A stretch of 64,000 bases of DNA. Origin: an uncultured Candidatus Saccharibacteria bacterium. Lineage in GTDB: Bacteria; Patescibacteriota; Minisyncoccia; Phycocordibacterales; UBA5272. The position numbers and the translations under genes are program-made. Position 1 is the stretch's first letter; the number at the start of each line of letters is the position of its first letter. Shown piece after piece: positions 27,447 to 36,100 of this stretch. The notes beneath the pieces were generated by a model, which was given only the letters and a program-made list of their open reading frames with translations, did not search any database and was not told the origin of the DNA. The stretch covers positions 3,642 to 67,641 of the forward strand of contig CAYVUY010000001.1 of the NCBI GenBank assembly GCA_964455195.1. The letters run 5' to 3'.

Positions 27447-27541
27447 AATAAATAATGTAGGTAGATGAATACTACTCTTAGGGTAAAGTATAGCAGTGAA
27501 GCATGAATAATAGCAAAGCAACTATTAACGTTTTAGAGGAT

Positions 27542-28573
27542 TTACTGCCCCATCGCTACACAACTAAGTTTCATACTTGCATCAAATTTACATGTACCTG
27601 GGAATCCCATATTAGTACAAGACATCCCATCGAATAATCCAGTACATGCCATATCTGTTGAATATTGGACACACTGTGCATTTTTACATACACCTCCGCC
27701 GGCACATGGTTGCCCATCTAAGAAGTTAGGCTGATCTGCACTGTAATAACACTCACTAGCTTTTGGTTCTGGAGTTGTTGTGGTTTGAGTCTGAGTATTA
27801 TTGGTGGTCTGCGTAGTTTGTGTAGTCTGTGTCGTTTGAACAGATGATTGAGCTGGGGTAGCTCCTGCCACCTTGTCTAAGGATCCAGCCAAAGAAAGAA
27901 GAAGTCCTTGTATAAGCATTAGCACTATTGTGATATATACCGTGAACCATAGGCGTCCTTTTGCTTTCTGAAGTTCTGGTGGATTACCACGTGCAGCAAC
28001 AAGTAGAAACCCAGCATATACCCACAATATAATAAGACCAATGAAAAGAATTTGAAGAATCGCTTGGAATACTTTCACTGCGAAGTCATACCAATTACCT
28101 CCAATATCAATTGGTGATTTAAGTGTGGTCCCTTGTGCATATGCGTGAGGGAATACATCCAAATTAATCGGCACCAATGACTGCGGGCATCCAGGACCTG
28201 CACGTAATAAACAATCTATTGGTTCTTGAATTCCTTTATCAATATTAAATTCTTTAAGTAAGTATGATGTTGCTGGAATAAGTGCAATAAGAGCGAAAAG
28301 TGCTCCGACAACAATAAGAATATTGGTAGTGAACTCTTTTCTTATTTCTGGAGAATACTGATGTGTACCGTATTTAATGGCAAGCCATGCAATACGCATT
28401 GCTCCATAGAACATCAAAAGTCCAAGACCAAGACTGATGAGATTTCGTGCTGTCTTAAAAAATTCAGGCCATGTACATGTTGGGCCATCGCATGTCACTA
28501 ATTGTTGTGCATGTGCTGAGAATGCTCCTATCACGAAGAAAGCTAGGAGTATCGGTAAAAAGTATTTTTTCAT
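27542..28573 (-). CDS. Pilin-like family member P5. Internally duplicated two-TM module, TQTT repeat linker and Cys-rich C-terminal domain.
   Basis: Signal peptide ...AFSAHAQQ. Two copies of the TM1-loop-TM2 module (LMFYGAMRIAWLAIKYGTHQ..., LWVYAGFLLVAARGNPPELQKAKGRLW...). TQTTQTTQTTNNTQTQTTTTP. 10 Cys in the last 70 aa. Confidence 0.6.
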   Translation of the reverse strand: MKKYFLPILLAFFVIGAFSAHAQQLVTCDGPTCTWPEFFKTARNLISLGLGLLMFYGAMRIAWLAIKYGTHQYSPEIRKEFTTNILIVVGALFALIALIPATSYLLKEFNIDKGIQEPIDCLLRAGPGCPQSLVPINLDVFPHAYAQGTTLKSPIDIGGNWYDFAVKVFQAILQILFIGLIILWVYAGFLLVAARGNPPELQKAKGRLWFTVYITIVLMLIQGLLLSLAGSLDKVAGATPAQSSVQTTQTTQTTQTTNNTQTQTTTTPEPKASECYYSADQPNFLDGQPCAGGGVCKNAQCVQYSTDMACTGLFDGMSCTNMGFPGTCKFDASMKLSCVAMGQ

Positions 28574-28576
28574 AAT

Positions 28577-29881
28577 TTATCTAGTATAAGACTCTGTGAG
28601 AGCTCTTACAAATCCCTCCCCTGATTCTGATATAGTTCTACGTCCTGAGAGGATATCGTTAACAGTAGCTTGTAACAATGCACTAGAAGTATTTGCATTA
28701 ATATCATACCAACCACGCGCAACTAAAATACTCTTTATATATTCTTGATTTACAGTAGTTGCCTGAGAGAGTATAGATTTAAGAGGAGAGAATCCCCCTG
28801 CGATAGATGCCATTTGGGCACCATAGATATTACTCGTAAGTAAATACTGCGCGGTAAGTGCTGTTGTGAGATTAGTTGAGCGTTTAAGTGTCGCTATAGC
28901 ATATACCTTCATACCTGTTGCTATTGTCGGATGACCTTTTGATTGTGGGAAAGATTTCACCCCTATATCTAAACGAGGATTCTTCGCGCGAATGAGAGCT
29001 TCCTCATCAGAATACCCTACATACATAGCAAGCTTCTCCGCTACGAATTGATCTTGGGCAAGTTGTGCTAATGGACTCCAAGTATAGGTTGCCTTACCTG
29101 GGTCTGAGAACTGTGTGAAGAATCTAAGTGATGACGTTAGTGGGTGAACAGGATCATTTGAAGTTAAAGGAGTATCAGCAAGTACCGTAAATTTCTCTTC
29201 AGTTCCAGAAATATTTCTCACCACTGGAACTTGTCCGAGCTGAGCTACGAAGGTCATGATGATATCTTTTGCTGCAGGAATATTAGTATATGAGCCAAGT
29301 GCGATAGCGCTTTGTAAAATTCTATTATTCACATCTATTACTGTAAGCTTAGGAACGATAGCTGCGATTTCATCCCACATAGTCGGTGGATCGATAAGCC
29401 CTGCATTAGAAAAGAGCGTATGGTTATAAAAAAGCATAAGCGGTGATATAGATATAGGTAAACCAAGAGCTCCACTTTCACTAAACAATATGGACATACC
29501 ATCTACATACAAGTCACGATATTGTTGTTGACTCATACTTTGTAGTGGGAATGGGTAGATACGATTACGTTGTTCGAGAATAATTTGGTACGGCACAAGA
29601 ATAAGATCAGGACCCCCACCAGAAGCTAGTGCTTCAAGTAATTTAGGAGAAAACGTTGCTTCATCAACTTGATTATAAGAAATACGATATGTCTTGGTTG
29701 TGGCATTAACTGCCTGAAGGAAACTTTCTACTTGGTTCTGAGGAAGAGTCCCCCACATTACAACTGTTCCCACAGGAGTATTGGCTTTATTTCCAGTACC
29801 AATAGGTAACTTACCGGAGAAAATAAGTACAGCAAACACCGCTGCAAAAATTCCCAATCCTAAAATAATATTCTTAAACAT
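28577..29881 (-). CDS. Membrane-anchored extracellular solute-binding protein family 1-like protein. Orphan, with no cognate permease adjacent.
   Basis: Start at MFKNIILGLGIFAAVFAVLIF (TM anchor). ...GGGPDLILVPYQ..., typical of SBP_bac_1. Confidence 0.6.
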   Translation of the reverse strand: MFKNIILGLGIFAAVFAVLIFSGKLPIGTGNKANTPVGTVVMWGTLPQNQVESFLQAVNATTKTYRISYNQVDEATFSPKLLEALASGGGPDLILVPYQIILEQRNRIYPFPLQSMSQQQYRDLYVDGMSILFSESGALGLPISISPLMLFYNHTLFSNAGLIDPPTMWDEIAAIVPKLTVIDVNNRILQSAIALGSYTNIPAAKDIIMTFVAQLGQVPVVRNISGTEEKFTVLADTPLTSNDPVHPLTSSLRFFTQFSDPGKATYTWSPLAQLAQDQFVAEKLAMYVGYSDEEALIRAKNPRLDIGVKSFPQSKGHPTIATGMKVYAIATLKRSTNLTTALTAQYLLTSNIYGAQMASIAGGFSPLKSILSQATTVNQEYIKSILVARGWYDINANTSSALLQATVNDILSGRRTISESGEGFVRALTESYTR

Positions 29882-29885
29882 ATGT

Positions 29886-30410
29886 TTATAATTTGGTAGC
29901 AATAAATGCGTAATGATAATCCCCTGCTGGGAGTCTCTCACCGATTTGGAATCCATGCTTAGTGAAAAGTTCTTCAGCTCGCGCTTCAGAGACTACATGA
30001 GATGGATGCGGACCTATACCATCATGGGCCCCGGACCAATCAACACAAAGTACTCTTCCGGATGGGACTAAGATGCGAGCAGCTTCTTCTATGGCTTTTT
30101 CTGGATGCTCGAGCATGAAAAGAATGTTAGAGATTATAACTGCTTCCATTGAATACGAATCGATATATGTAGAAGTTTCAAGATCCGCCCACACAGTTTC
30201 TATATTTAAGAACCCCATTTTATGAGCAGTGTGCTCAAGAGTTTGTAATAAGTCACGATGAATATCTATCGCATAGACTTTACCTGTATCAGTAACTGCT
30301 CGAGCAAGTTCAAGAGCATACACACCAGAGCCCGCACCAAAGTCAGCTACAGCGGTGCCTTTTTTAATATACAATTTTTCTACGAGATGTGCTGGGGTAA
30401 GAAATGCCAT
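29886..30410 (-). CDS. Class I SAM-dependent methyltransferase
   Basis: Motif I VADFGAGSGVYALELA. Confidence 0.8.
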   Translation of the reverse strand: MAFLTPAHLVEKLYIKKGTAVADFGAGSGVYALELARAVTDTGKVYAIDIHRDLLQTLEHTAHKMGFLNIETVWADLETSTYIDSYSMEAVIISNILFMLEHPEKAIEEAARILVPSGRVLCVDWSGAHDGIGPHPSHVVSEARAEELFTKHGFQIGERLPAGDYHYAFIATKL

Positions 30411-30467
30411 ATAGCCCTAGTTTATAGGTAATAGTTAATAGTTACTAGTGGATACACCGGTATGTCT

Positions 30468-32948
30468 TTAGAGGAGATTAAAGGTTGCAACACTGTCCCC
30501 TTCACGTAACTTCATGATTCTCACACCTTGTGTATCGCGACCAAGTGTCGGAATAGAAGTAAGTTCTGTACGAATCACTTGAGATGCCTTTGATACCGCG
30601 AGTAACTCTTCAGTTTCTCCATTTACTACACGAGCAACCATGAGTTTTCCAGTCTTCTCTGTGACTTTCACTGTCTTGATACCTGACCCACCTCGCTTTT
30701 GTATCTTGTATTCAGATAACTTAGTCTTCTTTCCGTATCCATTAGCTGTCATGATAAGAAGTTCTGCGCCCTTACTTCCACCAACTATCTTATCTGATGC
30801 TACGATATGATCTCCCTTATCTAACTTCATTCCTATTACTCCAGCTGCAGTACGCCCCATTTCGCGAACGTCATTATGATCAAAACGTATAGACTGACCA
30901 TTCTGTGTAGTAAGGATCACACTATCATCTCCCGTTACGAAAAGTGTTGAAAGTAATTCATCTCCATCTTCTAGACGAATAGCAATAAGGCCGTTACGAC
31001 GTACATCCTTGAAACTATCTGCTGCAGATTTCTTCACGGTACCATCTTTAGTAATCATCATAAGAGATAAGCCTTGCATTGCTTTCACATCCTTTGGCAT
31101 TGGAAGAATAGAAGTAACCTTTTCATCACTGCCTAATTGAATGAAATTCATAATACTCTTACCACGTGTTGCACGCTTCCCTTCTGGAAGATCATACATC
31201 TTGATTTGATATGCTTTTCCTTTATCAGTAAAGAAGAGTAAATCTGAGTGTGAGGAAGTAGTAAGCGACATCGTGACAAAATCTTCTTCTTTAGTATTTA
31301 AATCAACTACCCCTACACCTCCACGCTTTTGTGTACGGAATTCTGATGGATCAGTACGCTTCACATACCCACCTGCGGTGTATACGAGTACTTCATCCTT
31401 TTCAGTAATTAAATCTTCTGGATTAAATTCCTTAGCGCGATGCTTCACAATCTTAGTACGACGCTCATCACCATAACGCTCCTTGATATCACCAAGCTCA
31501 TCTTTAATAATCTTCATCATTACCTTCTTACTAGCGAGAATTGCGCGAAGTTCTGCGATGAGAGCCTGTACTGCTTTCAAATCATCTTCTATCTTCTTAC
31601 GCTCAAGACCAGCGAGACGCTGTAATTTCATTTCAAGAATTGCAGTAGCTTGAATTTCAGAGAACTTGAATTTCTTCATCAATTGCGCATGAGCATCAGG
31701 AGTATCTTTTGATTTCTTAATCGTCTGGATGATTTCATCAATATGATCAAGTGCCTTCTTTAAACCAAGTAAAATATGCTCTTTTTCGAGTGCGCGAGCG
31801 AGATCGAACTCTGTGCGACGACGAATAACTTCACTACGATGGCTAATGAATTCTGACAATGAGTCTTTAAGCGAAAGTGTCTGTGGAATACCATCAACGA
31901 GAGCTACGACGTTGTAGTGGAATGTAGTTTCGAGTTCTGTATGTTTATATAAATAATTAAGTACCTTTTGTGGTTGAGCTCCACTCTTTAAATCTATTAC
32001 AACACGAATATCTTTCGCTGACTCATCGCGAAGTCCTTTGATACCATCAATCTTCTTTTCTCGTACGAGATCAGCAATCTTTTCAATTAAATTACTTTTA
32101 AGAACTCTAAACGGAATAGAGGTAATAATGATTTGGAATTGACCATTTTTAGTTTCTACAATTTCTGCTTCACCACGAGTAACCACTCCCCCACGACCAG
32201 TTGCATACGCATGACGAATATCTGCTTGACCAAACGCAATACCCCCAAGTGGGAAATCTGGACCTTTAACATAATCACAAAGTTCCTCAGTGGTAGCCTG
32301 AGGATTATCGATAAGATGAAGTGTTGCATCCACTACTTCATTAAGGTTATGTGGTGGAATATTCGTAGCCATTCCCACCGCGATACCGAGAGTTCCATTA
32401 AGAAGCATTGATGGTACAGCTGTAGGAAGTACTGATGGTTCTTTCTTAGTTCCATCGTAGTTCGGAGTCATATCGACGGTATCCTTTTCGATGTCACGCA
32501 TAAGCTCCATAGATATCTTAGACATCTTAGCTTCTGTATAACGATATGCCGCAGCTCCATCACCGTCGATAGAACCGAAGTTACCTTGACCCATCACAAG
32601 AGGATAACGATAAGAGAAGTCCTGTGCACTTTTTACCATAGCGTCATATACTGACGCATCTCCATGTGGGTGATAGTTACCAAGCACCTCTCCTACAATC
32701 GTCGCAGACTTACGGAACTTGGCCCCTGCAGTAAGACCCATATTATGCATAGCAAAAAGAATTCTACGATGTACTGGCTTAAGTCCATCACGAGCATCCG
32801 GTAGGGCACGAGAAGTAATAACACTCATCGCATAGTCAAGATATGCGCGACGCATTTCTTCAGAAATATTCACTGGCATATGCTCTGAAATCGCTGTATT
32901 TTTTACAGGTTCTTCGGGTGGAGTGTTTTTATTTGGAGCTTTAGCCAT
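30468..32948 (-). CDS. gyrA: DNA gyrase subunit A
   Basis: [24 protein letters not shown] (active-site Tyr region). Repeated C-terminal beta-pinwheel with QKRGG(V/S)G motifs. Confidence 0.95.
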   Translation of the reverse strand: MAKAPNKNTPPEEPVKNTAISEHMPVNISEEMRRAYLDYAMSVITSRALPDARDGLKPVHRRILFAMHNMGLTAGAKFRKSATIVGEVLGNYHPHGDASVYDAMVKSAQDFSYRYPLVMGQGNFGSIDGDGAAAYRYTEAKMSKISMELMRDIEKDTVDMTPNYDGTKKEPSVLPTAVPSMLLNGTLGIAVGMATNIPPHNLNEVVDATLHLIDNPQATTEELCDYVKGPDFPLGGIAFGQADIRHAYATGRGGVVTRGEAEIVETKNGQFQIIITSIPFRVLKSNLIEKIADLVREKKIDGIKGLRDESAKDIRVVIDLKSGAQPQKVLNYLYKHTELETTFHYNVVALVDGIPQTLSLKDSLSEFISHRSEVIRRRTEFDLARALEKEHILLGLKKALDHIDEIIQTIKKSKDTPDAHAQLMKKFKFSEIQATAILEMKLQRLAGLERKKIEDDLKAVQALIAELRAILASKKVMMKIIKDELGDIKERYGDERRTKIVKHRAKEFNPEDLITEKDEVLVYTAGGYVKRTDPSEFRTQKRGGVGVVDLNTKEEDFVTMSLTTSSHSDLLFFTDKGKAYQIKMYDLPEGKRATRGKSIMNFIQLGSDEKVTSILPMPKDVKAMQGLSLMMITKDGTVKKSAADSFKDVRRNGLIAIRLEDGDELLSTLFVTGDDSVILTTQNGQSIRFDHNDVREMGRTAAGVIGMKLDKGDHIVASDKIVGGSKGAELLIMTANGYGKKTKLSEYKIQKRGGSGIKTVKVTEKTGKLMVARVVNGETEELLAVSKASQVIRTELTSIPTLGRDTQGVRIMKLREGDSVATFNLL

Positions 32949-33008
32949 AGATTTATTTTCCTAGTATAGCAAAATTATACGAAATTGACGAGTGCTTTTC
33001 CTTACTAT

Positions 33009-33371
33009 TTATTCTGGTCTTTGATAGATTTTAGTCTCTGAAATTGAATCAGAAAAACTCTTTGGAATAGAATCCATCCTTGTTTTTGCATCATTAAAAA
33101 ATCGGGAGAGAGTCTCCTTTGGGCTTGGAAAACCACCTTCTGTGGAAGTGCTCGTAGTTCCGTTAGAAAGATCTCTTACTTCATAACTTTGGCCTTCAAC
33201 ATAAACATCATTCTCTGGAGAAGACCAGAATCCATAGTGGAAGTGAAGCCATAGCACTGCAACGATAACAGTAATGACCCCAGAAATACTGAAAGCATGC
33301 ACTCTCTGGTGATACGTAGATTGTCTACGCATATGCTTCAAATATTTTTTAATCATTCCTATAATATCCAT
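33009..33371 (-). CDS. Hypothetical small membrane-anchored protein upstream of gyrA
   Basis: Single TM (VITVIVAVLWLHF). No recognised domain. Confidence 0.45.
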   Translation of the reverse strand: MDIIGMIKKYLKHMRRQSTYHQRVHAFSISGVITVIVAVLWLHFHYGFWSSPENDVYVEGQSYEVRDLSNGTTSTSTEGGFPSPKETLSRFFNDAKTRMDSIPKSFSDSISETKIYQRPE

Positions 33372-33487
33372 AAAGTATCACTAGTATACCCCAAAATTAC
33401 AGCTTTAGTTTTTAATACAAAACATACAATAAGGTATACTAAGTAAGGTTGTTTAACTTTGTTCTTGACCACATTTATGGAGGTTCC

Positions 33488-33676
33488 ATGCCAAGTCTAA
33501 ATCCTGAATGGCAAAAGCGGATTCGTCTTGCAAAACGGGAAAACCGCAAATTAGCCAAAAACTTTCCTGAATTCTTTCCTGAGTATCAAATGCTCCGTCT
33601 AAGCGAAAAGGCGCTGAAAGATGCAAAGGAGGCGCACCGTCTGGCGAGCACTGCGTGGAAAGCTATTCGGGGGTAA
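33488..33676 (+). CDS. Small basic hypothetical protein, 62 aa, in a GC-enriched islet
   Basis: GGAGG RBS 5 nt before the ATG. Followed by a hairpin terminator at 33695-33728. Confidence 0.4.
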   Translation: MPSLNPEWQKRIRLAKRENRKLAKNFPEFFPEYQMLRLSEKALKDAKEAHRLASTAWKAIRG

Positions 33677-33784
33677 TGCAAATATGTTCAGTTCGAAATC
33701 TCGGCCATACCAATGTGTCGAGATTTTCTACTTTAAAACTTTCAATACTTTTAATTTTTAATGTAGAAAACCAATAGTGAAAAT

Positions 33785-35377
33785 CTAATACCCCACTGTC
33801 ACAGTAATCTCTGCTACTGTATCGGTTCTACTTACCCACATAGCGCACATTGTTCCAGGTGTTGGTTTACAGTCATTGTAAATGGTTTTAAGTAATTTCG
33901 CGGTATATGTTCCTGCTGTTGGATACGTGTAATATGACAGATATCCATCACAGCTCAATTTTCCTTGGGTGTTAGTTGTCCCCGAAACCTGAGAAATAGT
34001 ATTCATAGCATTTGCATACATCGAATCTACTTTACCATTACCATAATCTACTGAGTAGAGGGAATTTTGATCACACATAGAGATGACATTACCACCATTT
34101 GCTTTACTCCCCGCTGTAAAAACCACAGCAAGTGGGTTAGTTACATACGGTTGTCGTGCATATGTAAAAGACAATACCCCATCTGAAACTACTGGAGGGG
34201 TAGCGACTTCATTCGAAGTTGTAGGACACGCTACGAATTCACAGTTTGGTCCGGATCTCCCTACATAAGTTTTACCATCCGGACAAAGTTTCGCTTCTGC
34301 AGTACAAGCAACCATACCAGGATTAACCGGAGAAGGTGTAGGAGATGGAGAGTATCCTGAAATTGGTGGTAGTGGTGCAGATTGAGTACCGCATGTTAAT
34401 GCTTTTATTTTACTTCGTGTGAGAGGTCCTACACGCCCTGTGTTATCTATATTATTTGCACGTTGAAATCTTTTTACAGCAGAAAGCGTTGCTACTCCAA
34501 AAAATCCTGTTGGTTCTCCAGATAAATACTGTGGACTGAGGAAATCTTGAAGAAGAGAAACTTCTCCTGAAGTTTTTGCATCGCGAGCACGATAAGAAAG
34601 ATTGTATTGTAAATCTATACAATTATTTGAACTAACGAAATCATCAGTGAGAGCAAATGAAGTTGAAAACGAAATTAATAATAAAGAAGCTAAGACAAAT
34701 TTTTTCATATGTATTAAGAGTAACACCAGTAAAAGCTTTTCTACCATATCGTGGACAAGAATCACCGCTCCTAATTTTCCTTCAATATCTTTTCTTTTAA
34801 TAGTAAGTTTCTCAACTGGTTCAACCTTTTCAGAACCTGCTTCTTTCAAGAAGATCGGCAGTGTTTGTTCGTTGTAGTCCATCGGGATGCAAAGCTTAGG
34901 TTCAAGTGCTACAGATAACTTATGAGCATCATATGGATTAAGCGTTACTTCGTCTCCGCCAACTGGTACGAAAAGTACATCTGTTTCATCAATAATTTCT
35001 TTATGTGCTGGTTCAAGTATGTGATGTAGCGCACCCAAAAAGGTAATGCGAATACCATCTAAAGTAAAGACATAACTGGTATTTTGATATATTCTCTTTT
35101 TCTTTCCATCAAGAAGTTCTGTCTCTGTCGCGAATCCTTTAATGAATATTCCCGCTACTTCATATTCCCCTGCGCCTTTAATTACGAAAGGTACTTTATC
35201 TCCATGTGTTACCTGTTCGGAACCATTGTAATCTGGGTGATTAGTAGTAATAAGACATATATCTGCTCCGTATTTCGCAATCTTTCCTTTACCATCTTTC
35301 GATACTGGGTTGGTAGCAATAGTGAGATCTCCAACTTGAAGCTTGAAATGCTCTCGTCCGTAATGTGTGATTATCAT
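33785..35377 (-). CDS. Single ORF joining an N-terminal metallo-beta-lactamase-fold hydrolase to a secreted peptidoglycan-binding / PKD-like Cys-containing protein. Possibly two genes fused in frame, with an internal start and signal peptide at 34708.
   Basis: MBL part: ICLITTNHPDY ... GALHH. Internal MKKFVLASLLLISFSTSFA signal. PG_binding_1-like LQDFLSPQYLSGEPTGFFGVATLSAVKRFQ. C-terminal AGTYTAKLLKTIYN PKD-like strand. No stop codon between the parts. Confidence 0.6.
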   Translation of the reverse strand: MIITHYGREHFKLQVGDLTIATNPVSKDGKGKIAKYGADICLITTNHPDYNGSEQVTHGDKVPFVIKGAGEYEVAGIFIKGFATETELLDGKKKRIYQNTSYVFTLDGIRITFLGALHHILEPAHKEIIDETDVLFVPVGGDEVTLNPYDAHKLSVALEPKLCIPMDYNEQTLPIFLKEAGSEKVEPVEKLTIKRKDIEGKLGAVILVHDMVEKLLLVLLLIHMKKFVLASLLLISFSTSFALTDDFVSSNNCIDLQYNLSYRARDAKTSGEVSLLQDFLSPQYLSGEPTGFFGVATLSAVKRFQRANNIDNTGRVGPLTRSKIKALTCGTQSAPLPPISGYSPSPTPSPVNPGMVACTAEAKLCPDGKTYVGRSGPNCEFVACPTTSNEVATPPVVSDGVLSFTYARQPYVTNPLAVVFTAGSKANGGNVISMCDQNSLYSVDYGNGKVDSMYANAMNTISQVSGTTNTQGKLSCDGYLSYYTYPTAGTYTAKLLKTIYNDCKPTPGTMCAMWVSRTDTVAEITVTVGY

Positions 35378-35419
35378 GTGACCTATTCTAACACGAGACT
35401 TAGTTTCAGAAAATATTAT

Positions 35420-35448
35420 TTGACAATGTCAATAAAAAGTAGTATTAT
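35420..35448 (+). promoter_or_regulatory. Near-consensus sigma70-type promoter (TTGACA-17-TATTAT) driving the GC-rich small ORF
   Basis: TTGACA at 35420-35425, 17-nt spacer, TATTAT at 35443-35448. Confidence 0.5.
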
Positions 35449-35506
35449 AATAATGTACTTTGAATTAAAGCATTTCAATTGCAGTACCTTACAAGGAGAG
35501 ACGCAC

Positions 35507-35794
35507 ATGGCACTACGCCGATTGAAAGGGGTAAACATCAGTCATCAAGGAGCAGCGGAAGCGAACATGCACTCGAGCAAACCAGTCTACGCGCTGGCTC
35601 CGGGCCAAATCACGATTGTTTCGGTGCTTGGCGATGAAATCGCCGAAGCGATGGTCCAGGAGCATCAATCAAACATCGAAAGGCGGATTGCTGCCGGAGA
35701 CGAAAATGTCGAACGGCTCATGACTATCGCCTGCGAAGTCATCGAAACTCACGCAAGTCATGAAGACCGTCAGGACTTCGACGACAGGCGCTAA
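35507..35794 (+). CDS. Small hypothetical protein, 95 aa. GC-rich, with codon usage unlike neighbouring genes.
   Basis: AAGGAG RBS 8 nt upstream of the ATG. Consensus promoter upstream. GC-rich terminator downstream. Acidic C-terminus. Confidence 0.55.
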   Translation: MALRRLKGVNISHQGAAEANMHSSKPVYALAPGQITIVSVLGDEIAEAMVQEHQSNIERRIAAGDENVERLMTIACEVIETHASHEDRQDFDDRR

Positions 35795-35810
35795 CACCTC
35801 GAAATCCCTC

Positions 35811-35835
35811 AGGGGCCAGCCAACAGGCTGGCCCC
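35811..35835. terminator. Intrinsic terminator
   Basis: aggggccagcc-aac-aggctggcccct followed by a T-rich tract. Confidence 0.65.
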
Positions 35836-36100
35836 TATTCATTTATATACATTCAATTGAGTTGCCAAAATCGCCAAAATACTATAGTATGAGACTACTC
35901 TAATTATTAACAAGAGAACGTTCTGGCGTAACCCTCCGTTACCGATTGCATTGGCAAAGTAATGGAAAAACCAGACCGAAGCGTACATCCGCATTCGTGC
36001 GGAAATTTTTCTTTTGACAAGCGAGGATAACGCACAAATAAAATTTGTATGTTATCCGAGTGCAGTCAAAAAACAAAAAAGTTTAAGAAACTTAATTTTT

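Noticed and set aside
27750-27860. Short tandem DNA repeats (gtttg/gtctg units) as possible CRISPR/repeat array
   Set aside because: They lie inside ORF P5 and encode the TQTT peptide repeat. There are no spacers and no cas genes.
35084-35506. N-terminal 140-aa extension of track ORF 35084-35794
   Set aside because: It runs antisense through the MBL-fold gene on the opposite strand. The ATG at 35507 has an AAGGAG RBS and a consensus promoter just upstream, so the short form is the gene.
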